A DNA stretch of 32,370 bases from Neovahlkampfia damariscottae (Eukaryota). This document shows, piece by piece, positions 24,601 through 32,370 of the stretch (position 1 is the stretch's first letter; the number at the start of each line of letters is the position of its first letter). The position numbers were made by a program, and so were the translations under genes. A model generated the notes under the pieces. It ran no database searches. It worked only from the letters and a program-made list of their open reading frames with translations, and was not told the origin of the DNA. The DNA lies in contig JABLTG010000199.1 of the NCBI GenBank assembly GCA_016618085.1, positions 1 through 32,370 on the forward strand, given 5' to 3'.

Positions 24601-24801
24601 GTTGGATTAGGTTCACCAATCATTTCACTTTATACACTTCAAGGTTTATTTCATCCTGCTAGAAAAGTTAGAAATACTTATTGGAAAATATTTAATAATT
24701 TATATATTGGTCAAGCTGATGCCCTGGTTTCTTGTTATCCAAATGTTCCAGATGATAAAACAAATCATTATCAAAGAGATGAATTGATGATGTTTTTATA
24801 A
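21688..24801 (+). CDS. SF3B1: Splicing factor 3B subunit 1
   Basis: RWDVTP ULM motifs, [66 protein letters not shown]; intronless, 1037 aa. Confidence 0.98.
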   Translation: MTSINDKRKERSESPEEQRPSKKGKQVVSEWDDEEEKIEKKTNTWEETPKATKQSRWDVTPVGGNVTPSGKRSRWDVTPVQGTSSSMETPVGNSGNETPSTGITVPKTPDQYQQMKYEQDIAERNRPLTDEELDSLFPPEGYIILEPPSGYVPPTPSRKLMATPSSDSSSSYYKMPDEMKKEEYGITLLPSGQEMPNIKPEDLKHFSKLLEEVDEDLLTKEEIKERKVMELILNIKNGQPQARKKAMKYITDHAREFGAEILFNQVLPLLMSPTLEDQERHLLVKVIDRILFKLDDLVRPYAHKILVVISPLLIDEDYYARIEGREIISNLAKAAGLATMIANLRPDIDHADEYVRNTTARSFSVVASALGIPAILPFLKAVCQSKKSWQARHTGIKIIQQISILMGVAVLPYLKSMVDIIADGLKDTEPKVRIMTALAIAALAEASTPYGIESFDSILKPLWIGIQKHKGKPLAAFLKAIGFIIPLMSSEHAAIYTRNVMDVLIREFSSQDPEMQKIVLKVVKQCVTTDGIESKFVKEKIIEPFFKSFWDRKMALDRRSARPLIETTVSLAENVGGSEIIKKIVKDLKNDSEPFRKMTIETIDKIIETLGTADIDKRLEYELIDGILHTFQELHSEENSKFVIRSFGSIINGFGVRVKQYLSSIVATIKWRLDHKSPVVRQQAADLIGMIAPVMKKCDDEKRLAHFGQILYEYLAEEYPDVLGSILFALGKVLESIGTENMTPPIKDLLPRLTPILKNRHEKVQENAITLIGQIANKAPEQVAAKEWMRICFDLLDVLKAHRKSIRQAAILTFGYIAKSIGPHDVLATLLNNLKVQERQNRVCTTIAIAIVSENCGVFTVLPALMNEYKVPELNVQTGVLKSLSFMFEHVGEMSKDYIYAVTPLLEDALMDRDLVHRQTACTVVKHLALGCYGLGCEDALIHLLNLVWPNIFETSPHVINAVMEAIEGLRVGLGSPIISLYTLQGLFHPARKVRNTYWKIFNNLYIGQADALVSCYPNVPDDKTNHYQRDELMMFL

Positions 24802-24839
24802 TGCACTGAATGTTTATTGATGAAAAGTAAATTTTTAAT

Positions 24840-26585
24840 TCAAATTATTTTCTTGTGAAGTTCATAAAATGAGACCATGGAATCAATTTCTTCACCCAAA
24901 AAATATTGCTTCATGATACCAAAGAATTCTTCAAGTTCTGGAAAAAATTCTGAGAGCTCAACTCCAACATTTGTTTTACTTGTAATGCCTTTCAAAATAT
25001 ATTCAGTCATTTCTTTCTGAGAGCTCTTATTGAAACCCATTAAAGTATCGAATTCTTTTGTGAAATTAGATTTATTTTCTGACCATTCAACGAACCAATC
25101 TTCACAGACCAATAAACATAGTTGATCTTCATCAAAAGTTGGAAATTTATCTACTTGAAATTCAATCTTTGAAAACATTTCAATTCTCATTTTCTTTGGT
25201 AGTGTCATTTTCTTTTTTGCTTCTGACACTTTTTGAATGAATTTTTGTTTGAAATTTCTTTTCTGATTCTTAAACATTTTGATTACAACTGGATTTTTTG
25301 AAGTTTCGATTCTTTTTTTCAATATTTTCTGTAAATCATGATTATCAACACGGTTTTTTACAAATTGTTGATAAATATGAAGAAATTTTGTGAACATGAG
25401 TTTTCTATTTTGATATGTATTATTTTCTTCTTTGAAGAAACCAATTGGATTTGAAACGAAATTCTTAAATTTTTGGTAAACTCCATCAACTTCATTCTTT
25501 AAAGTTTCAATATTAATCTGCACCCTTCCTAATAAATTTGCTATTTCTTGAGCATTTCTCTCACTTTTATCTTTAATGTTAATATCTGCACCATTTCTGA
25601 TCAGAAATAAAACAACATCCTATATATGATTGGTCAGTAACAAAACCAATTGAATACTTGATTTCCAAGTGCAGTAGCATATTGAAGTGGTGTCCATGGA
25701 ATATAATGTCCGTTTGATCGAAGAATCTTTTGGATTGGTTAATTATTTATTCAATTTTACATCTGTAAAATACTGAGATTCAATTTTAATGTCTACATAC
25801 AATCTAACAATGATTAAACAATATTTTTTGATACAGTATTTATTCCCTTTTAACTCAATTAAATTTTTTTATTCTTACATCCTGACAAGTAAAAGTGCAT
25901 TTTTTTATTTCTTACATTTCTCTGCATTCTTTGTCAATTTATGTATAATTTCTTACAAACTACAAGTATTTTGAATATAGCTGCAATCTTACTTTCTAAA
26001 ATAAATGATAAAAAAAACACAGTTTTCTGCTTACATACTAAATTTTTTGAATTTCAATAATTTTGATTCTTACAGTCTTGAGATAATTTATATAATATAT
26101 TCTTACCCTCTTTATTTTTAATATCTATATCAAGTCTTACACCCTAAATCATTTTAACATTTGTTTTTTGCATACGTCCTAAAATTCAAAATCAAACAAT
26201 ACTTACATACTGACAAGAGTTATTCTAGATTTTGATATCTTACATCCTAAATTATATTTTACATTTTTCTTTATTCTCTTACACTCTAAATCAAGTTTAA
26301 AGTCCAAAAATCATTTATCTTACATGCTTTTTTTGTTTTTGTTTTGAAAAGATTTTTTAATTTACGTACTTGGAAAGAATTGAATTTTTTTGTTCTTACA
26401 CAACCCACTGGGTAATTGAATTGTTGATTAATATTTAAACCATTGATGATTAATTTTTGTAAGGCTACAAAGTCACTACTATGAATGGCTTCTGATACTT
26501 TGTCTTTTAGTTCAACTTGAAGTGTTTCTATAACACACACAGTCATAATAATCATTAAAATGTGGAACTTTTGTGAGTGCGTCAT
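24840..26585 (-). CDS. Ankyrin-repeat protein with putative signal peptide, 20 exons including 17 micro-exons (368 aa if all are included)
   Basis: Exon 26400-26585 (62 codons, ends GLNINQQFNYPVGC), 17 micro-exons, exon 25658-25726 (ILRSNGHYIPWTPLQYATALGNQ), intron 25620-25657, exon 24840-25619 (DVVLFLIRNGADINIKDK...). All 19 introns are GT-AG and phase 0. The ankyrin consensus TPL..A...G..DVV..L...GADIN.KD is restored. Confidence 0.85.
25727..26399 (-). other. Array of 18 tiny introns (28-39 nt) flanking 17 micro-exons of 3, 6 or 12 nt
   Basis: Micro-exons: 26366-8 TAC, 26324-6 CAT, 26283-5 AGT, 26244-6 GAT, 26207-9 TAT, 26176-8 GAC, 26141-3 GGT, 26107-9 AGG, 26074-6 ACT, 26035-7 TAT, 25993-5 AAA, 25957-9 TTT, 25916-21 AGAAAT, 25879-81 GAT, 25835-46 GGAATAAATACT, 25801-3 ATT, 25761-72 TATTTTACAGAT. 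Each is preceded by AG and followed by GTA. Confidence 0.88.
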
Positions 26586-26785
26586 TTTCAGAGAACAATT
26601 AGATTTTTATTTTCAACCAATGAGAATGATTCCTGAAAATGAATTTTGACTCAGAAGAAATTATTAAAAGGATTTAATCAAATTTTTACATTCTAAATTC
26701 AGTTATTTTTCAGTTGAGAATTTTTGAGGTGTTGTGATATAAATGAAAATAAAATCTGATTGGTTTTTGTAAACACAAATTTTCC
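26586..26785. promoter_or_regulatory. 200-nt bidirectional promoter region with two CCAAT boxes
   Basis: CCAATGA at 26617-26623 and TGATTGG at 26757-26763, between divergent ATGs at 26585 and 26786. Confidence 0.6.
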
Positions 26786-27236
26786 ATGACATCATTCAGA
26801 GGCTCTAAGACCAAATTGAATTCATTTTCAATTTCTAGTAGACCATTTGATATCACAGAAGACTATTTCACAGCTGCTGCCGATATGGTTTGTCAAGGAA
26901 GGTAATAAAAACTCTGTATCAAAGCCTATTGAATATTTTAGTGATTTGGATCCTGTTGGTCTTACAGAAACTCTTCATAAACTTTTAGAAGTCCCAGAAG
27001 TCATTAGAATCATTCAAGAAGGAGCAGAAAAAATTGAAGAAATTCAAGACATCATTGAACATCAAGAACCTTGTGAACCGAAAGAATTACCAAATTTCTT
27101 TTCACGTTTTAAATCTGGTATCATGAAAGTTGTATGGACAATTCTTGGTCAAATTTTTTCAAAAAAAACTTTTTATGCAATTGCTGTTGTTACAGGTGTT
27201 GTTATAGTTGGGATATTTTTATGGTGGTTTTTATAA
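26786..27236 (+). CDS. Hypothetical tail-anchored membrane protein
   Basis: ATG at 26786; a 40-nt intron 26902-26941 (AG|GTAATA...TTTAG) joins the frame of ORF 26847-27236; terminal TM helix FYAIAVVTGVVIVGIFLWWFL. Confidence 0.7.
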
Positions 27237-27545
27237 TTAAATTATATTTCTGAATGAAACCTTTTTTTTTTAAAATCTCCACCAAGTTCATGACAAAATC
27301 CAACATCAAATCGGATATCATTTTGTAAACAGAATAAATTTGTTAATACGATGATATTTTCGAGATTTTATCTTTTTTTTTCAGTAAATTCAAATTATGA
27401 AAAAGAATAAACCTTTAACTTGTTAAACTTTGAATTTTTTGTTTCATTGGTTTATAATTCTCCTGTCCAATCATTCAACAACACTGGTTTTTGTTGATAA
27501 AAACCATGTGAAGTCACCAATCAGTTACAATTACAACAATTCAAC

Positions 27546-28532
27546 ATGAAATCACTATTAACAATCTTCACTTTTATCATCATTTTTCTGTCTATTTATT
27601 TCTACAACAAAATACACGACAAAGAAAGACTTCTTTCAAAACTAGGTTATTTAACTCATTATTTAGGTCAACATGAACCTGAAATATCAAGAATTAACTT
27701 GAAATTTAAAAATTTACCAAAAGAATTAAAAAATAAAAAAATCATTCATTTAAGTGATTTTCATGGACACACTGAATACACTCTTTCTGAGACACTTTTG
27801 AACAAAACTTTAAAGATAATTAACAAAGAGAAACCTGATTTGATATTGATTACAGGTGATTTCACTCAACATGGAGATGCTCAAGCTACGTTTGAAATTG
27901 CAACAAAATTAAAAAAATTAAAAAATGCTTTTGGAGTGACAGGAGATCATGATTGTTTTAATAATGTACATATTGTTCGAAATCATTTGGAAAAAGTAGG
28001 TGGTATTAAAATTCTAGACAATCAAGTTTTGGAGAATGCTATTCCTGGTTTAAGCCTTATTGGTTTTGGAAATTTAAGAAGTGGTTTATTTCTACCAAAA
28101 CAAACGCTCAAAAATGAATTAAAATATAAAAACAACTTAATCATTGGAATGTCACATAATCCAGACACAGCTCAATGTTTAATTCAAGAAAAAACATGTA
28201 ACGAAAATGTTCATATTGACTTGTTATTATCTGGTCATACTCATGGAGTAAATTGATTTAAATACACTAATTCTTTTAAAAAAAAGGCTCAACTCGGACT
28301 TCCTTTTTCGGATTTTAATATTTTTCAATTTTTTAAAAATTACTTTGGAAATGTTTTAGAATTTATTGGAGAACTGATAGGTAATGATCCAAAAGTTATT
28401 GGTCATTATGAATGGATGAAAGGAAAGTTTGAATTTGGAGAATCTGTACTTTATGTCAATCGTGGTCTTGGTTCACATAAATCATTCAGATTATTTTGTA
28501 GACCTGAAATTGTTGTTTTTACATTTGATTAA
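27546..28532 (+). CDS. Calcineurin-like metallophosphoesterase (YkuE/YaeI/TMPPE type) with N-terminal anchor
   Basis: IIHLSDFH, PDLILITGDF, VTGDHD, SHNPD. Intron 28248-28286 (39 nt) restores LSGHTHGAQ, followed by YVNRGLG...RLFCRPEI. Confidence 0.92.
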
Positions 28533-28554
28533 TAAATCCTTCTCTTCAAAAATT

Positions 28555-29511
28555 TTATTCTTCCTTTTTTGGCAAAAACACTTGAGCAACCATACAACGA
28601 GCAGAACCTCCACCAACAAATTCAATTGTTTTTGAAATTGGAAATTCAACTATTTTTCCATGTTTTTCGAGCACTGATAATTGAGTTTTGTTGAATCCAC
28701 TTTTTGCATTATCACTCATTGTTATAACATGACCATTTGAGCCAATGACTTCAAGAATATTTCCACAAAAGTGTTTTTCTGTTTGTTCAATCGATATTTC
28801 AATGATTTCTTTTCCACTTTGTTTTAGTTTATTCATAACTCTATCTCTATCCTCTTCGATTATACATTCTTTACAAATGACACCAAAATCTGTGCCTAAA
28901 CTCATCATGACATTTGTGTGATAAAAATATTCACCAGATGAAGTCTTTGAAGTAAAGAAACAAAGTTCAAATTCTTTGTAGAATGTTACATTTTCCATAA
29001 GTTTTTGAAGTTGTTTTGGACTTGTTCTGACTGAAAGTGTCGCATAAATAACTCTATTGATGTAATCAATAACCATAGATCCTGTTCCTTCTAATGATTC
29101 TTTGTCATGACTGAAATCAAAAATTTGTTTCACTTCTAAATTTTGTTCTTCAAATTTCTCCAAAACTTCGTTGATTCTTTTTGTTTCTGATTTTCTATTA
29201 TCTGTTTCCATAGGATATATAACAACAGATCCATAAGGTGTTGTTGAAATCCAATTGTTACAAAATACAGCATCTGGTTGATTTTCAATTTGTGGGTCTT
29301 TTGGATCTCCAAGTGAAATAACATTGACTCCTTCATTTTCTAATCTTTTAACACTTTCTGTATATTCTTCTTGAGCTAATTTTGTGAGAGTTTCTTTGTC
29401 TTTTGATGTTTTATGTTGGAATTCATTTGATTCACTTGTTTGTTTATTAAAACAGAAGCTGAAGGGTGAAATCATTAAGACTGTATTTGATGAGTGCTTT
29501 ATTTCTATCAT
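28555..29511 (-). CDS. Amidinotransferase-superfamily enzyme, citrulline ureidase CtlX-like
   Basis: TVLMISPFSFCFN.QT..SN.FQ, PDAVFCNNWIS, LEGTGSMVID, YHTNVMMSLG, IEFVGGGSARCM; intronless; likely ATG at 29511. Confidence 0.9.
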   Translation of the reverse strand: MIEIKHSSNTVLMISPFSFCFNKQTSESNEFQHKTSKDKETLTKLAQEEYTESVKRLENEGVNVISLGDPKDPQIENQPDAVFCNNWISTTPYGSVVIYPMETDNRKSETKRINEVLEKFEEQNLEVKQIFDFSHDKESLEGTGSMVIDYINRVIYATLSVRTSPKQLQKLMENVTFYKEFELCFFTSKTSSGEYFYHTNVMMSLGTDFGVICKECIIEEDRDRVMNKLKQSGKEIIEISIEQTEKHFCGNILEVIGSNGHVITMSDNAKSGFNKTQLSVLEKHGKIVEFPISKTIEFVGGGSARCMVAQVFLPKKEE

Positions 29512-29876
29512 TTGTTGTTTGGTTGTCAAACTTGCAAATTCAATATTTGTCCTTTTATTGGTTCTAACTACCAACCGATTATTATTTTTTAAAATCTCTA
29601 TTTTAGACCAACCGATTATTTTTTCAACCGAAAATCTGAAATGGAAATTGACTTTTCCTATTTTCAAAATTTCGCTTGATTTTTTGGTTGTTTCATCATT
29701 TTGCTGTGAACCAACTTTTTTTTGGTTTTTTACTGTCTTTTTGAAAGTGAATCTATTTGAGTTTCATCAACAACTTAAATCTCTCCACTTTTGTGAGTAT
29801 TTTTAATTGGATAATTTTGACCAATGAATAAAGCCCACTTTTTCACTAAACCCAAATTTTACATAATAAAATTATT

Positions 29877-31707
29877 TTATTCACTTGAAGATCTTCTTAA
29901 TCTTTTTTGTGATTCTGGATCTTCTGATGATAAACTATCTTCTGAATCTCTTTTTTTTTGTACAGTTATTTCTTCTTCTTCAATTGAAAAATTTAATTTA
30001 AAATGTTCGAAATTCGGATTTTTAGTAACTATCTCTCTTGGTTTTCTTGATTGTCTTTTTGGTACATTTTCTATTTTTTGTTGGAATTTTTGACTTTCTA
30101 ATTTTGTATTTGAAAGTCTTGTTCCCAGTGTTCTTTTTGGTTTTAGTGCTTCTTCTTGATTTTCTTCGTCTGAATTATCAGGTGAATTTCCGATAGAATG
30201 TGCTTCTTTAAAATTCATTGTCAATTCAAAATCAACAATTGGTGAAGATAAAGCTGAATCTTTAAATGAATCATCTTCAACCATGTTTATACTTTTATTT
30301 GATGAAAGAACATCTTCAGGTTCTTCAGCAAATGAAAAAGCTTCTAATTTGAAATTTGTTTCATCTTCATCATCAACTATTTTAAACTCTTCCATTGATT
30401 TGGATTCATCAATAATTTTAAACTCTTCAAGTGATGGTGTTGTTGATTCTTCAAGTTTATATTCTTCAAGTTTAAAATCAGATTTAAATTCTCCATAAAC
30501 AGCTGTTTCTCTTGGTTTTGTTCTTCGTTCAGATCTTCTTGAATTTCTTGGAGGTGGTACTGTATTTATATCATTTGAAATATCAATAGGTTTTGAAATT
30601 CTAGTTCCATTTCTTTTTGAGTTCTTTAAAATATTATCTGGAATTTCTTCTGTTTTTAAAACTTTTTCTATTGAAACTTTTGATAAATTTTCAGACTTTT
30701 CTAAATTTTCCTTCAAGTTATCAATTTGATTTTTCTTCTTTAGTATAATATCCAAATTTGAACCATTTCCATTTTGATTGGATTTAGTTTGTGGTTGAAT
30801 TGTTGGTGTTTTTGGTGATAAACTATTAAATGATCTATCTGAAAGTGGTGATGAATCAGAGCTTGGACTATCCTTCCATTTATTCACTTCAAAATTTCCT
30901 TTTGTATTAACTGACAATGAAGGTGAATTTGGACTATTCTTTCCAGCAGAACGAGCACTTAAAGGACTCAAAAGATTATTAAATATTGAAGGTCTTTTAT
31001 CAGAACGAGCTGAATTATTACCAGAACTTTGTTTTAATTGGTAATTTCTTGACATTTGAAGTTGTTTCTTAATGGTATCCTCATTGACACTTTTTTTTTT
31101 ATTTCTTCTTCTACCGGTAAAAAAATCACCAACTGCTTCTGTAACTGATCCTCTTTTCATGCTCAACAAAAAAGAATTTGGAACTGATGATTTTTTATCC
31201 ACATTTGGAAGCGAATCAGTTCTTTGTTGAGCTTGATATTCTTTGTAATCAGATCCTTCTGTAAACCGCATAAGTGTATCATTCATAACAAATTCTATAC
31301 ATTTTTTTAATTCGTCAAAAATATTCTCCGGAATTTGATTTTCTCCTAATGCATCTTGAACTTTTTTTGCTGATTCTCTGTTAATATTTAATTCAAAAAG
31401 TGAGTCAGGCAAGAGATATTCATCGTATATCTTTTGAGCCATTGGTCTTCTATTATTTTCTCCTTTTAATGCTTTGAAATTTTCAACAGCTTGAACAAAA
31501 AGAAAATTCTCAACAGATCTAAAAGTATTAAAACTATTTTTTTTACAATTCTTTCATACAAAAAGCTTGAAAAATAGTTCTCAGCTCTGGAGACTTCATC
31601 AATTCTTCAAGTGTCAGTTTATCAGGTGTAGGTGAAGTTAACTTCTCTAATGGTTCTTCAGAGTCAGTTGTAACTTCTATGGTAACCTTTTTTGATTGTT
31701 GTGGCAT
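29877..31707 (-). CDS. RGS (regulator of G-protein signalling) domain protein with long S/E-rich tail
   Basis: LEELM.SP..R..F..FC.KEL, a 28-nt intron 31519-31546, then SVENFLFVQAVE.FK...AQKIYDEYL...S.FELNI...IFDE...I...M.DT..RF. Confidence 0.9.
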
Positions 31708-32156
31708 GAGTTGTTTTACTAACGAGCAATTGGACAAAAAAATAATGAAAGGGGATTGGTCAAAAAACTTTTGAATTTGGAAATTGGATTGGAAAGTTTA
31801 GCAAAAAAAGGAAATACGAACACCCAAAAGAAGCACGATTTTTCTAAAATGGTTTTTGGAATAAAAAAGACAAATTGGTCAGTGAATTCATTTAAAAACT
31901 GATTTGGAATTTGATATTGCAGATTTTCAATTCTGAAAAAGTTTGGGAATTCTGCAAATTGAACCAATTGCTTTCACTTGAACTCCATTAACTATGATCC
32001 AAGGAATCCAAAGTGCTCCAAGGAAATAAGTGTCCAAAAAATTTTACAATTTCAATTTTCGGACTTCCAACATTTAGATTCATCAAATAATTTCCTGTTT
32101 TTTATCACCAACAAAATTGTTTTCTTAAAAAAGTTTTATTGAAATGGTAATTTGAT

Positions 32157-32370
32157 CTATTGATCAATCATAAAACCATCATTTGGAACATATTCTGAAA
32201 TTTGGCTGTCACTTGATTTGAGAAATTCAATTTCTTCTTTCAATGATTCATTTTCTTCTTTCAATGTTTTAATTTCCTTTTTCATTTCATAATAACTCAC
32301 AAATGCATCAGGTTGTCCATCATCAGAGAAATATTTTTCAGTAATTTCAAAAAATTCTTCAATTTCTGGA
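32157..32370 (-). CDS. 3' end of a gene entering from outside the window; probable paralog of the micro-exon ankyrin gene
   Basis: Open frame PEIEEFFEITEKYFSDDGQPDAFVSYYEMKKEIKTLKEENESLKEEIEFLK...DQ-TAG, similar to the C-terminus of the gene at 24840-26585. Confidence 0.7.
   Translation of the reverse strand, partial: PEIEEFFEITEKYFSDDGQPDAFVSYYEMKKEIKTLKEENESLKEEIEFLKSSDSQISEYVPNDGFMIDQ

Noticed and set aside
25789..25974. 61-aa plus-strand ORF
   Set aside because: Antisense to the micro-exon array, low complexity, no protein-like features.
25760..26400. CRISPR-like or satellite array (TCTTACA recurring every ~31-44 nt)
   Set aside because: The recurring motif is only 5-7 nt and is the reverse complement of a splice donor. 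There is no long conserved repeat, no cas genes, and the context is eukaryotic.
31719..31967. 82-aa minus-strand ORF
   Set aside because: Non-ATG start, Phe-rich low-complexity composition, and it overlaps the RGS promoter region; unsupported.

Overview
This is very AT-rich, gene-dense eukaryotic nuclear DNA using the standard code. Introns are tiny GT-AG spliceosomal introns (26-40 nt), intergenic gaps are often under 100 nt, and CCAAT boxes sit close to many start codons. Together with the DUF4116, BTB and RGS genes, this suggests a heterolobosean-like protist (inference). The window holds about 24 protein genes, including PIG-X-like, an SDR, BTB-LRR, complex I NUXM, TRAPPC1, an FtsX-type permease, TatD, RED/IK, AP-4 beta, a PDI, DFRP1-dsRBD, SF3B1, a metallophosphoesterase, a CtlX-like enzyme and an RGS protein. 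It also holds a tRNA-Val(TAC) and an unassigned ~200-nt structured RNA candidate. The stand-out is a minus-strand ankyrin gene (24840-26585) that the ORF track misses. One loop is encoded by 17 consecutive phase-0 micro-exons, 14 of them a single codon, separated by 28-39 nt introns and spelling YHSDYDGRTYKFRNDGINTIYFTD. Any subset can be skipped in frame, so it is a candidate splicing-based diversity generator. The 3' end of a probable paralog enters at the right edge. All family calls come from motif recognition by eye; no searches were run.
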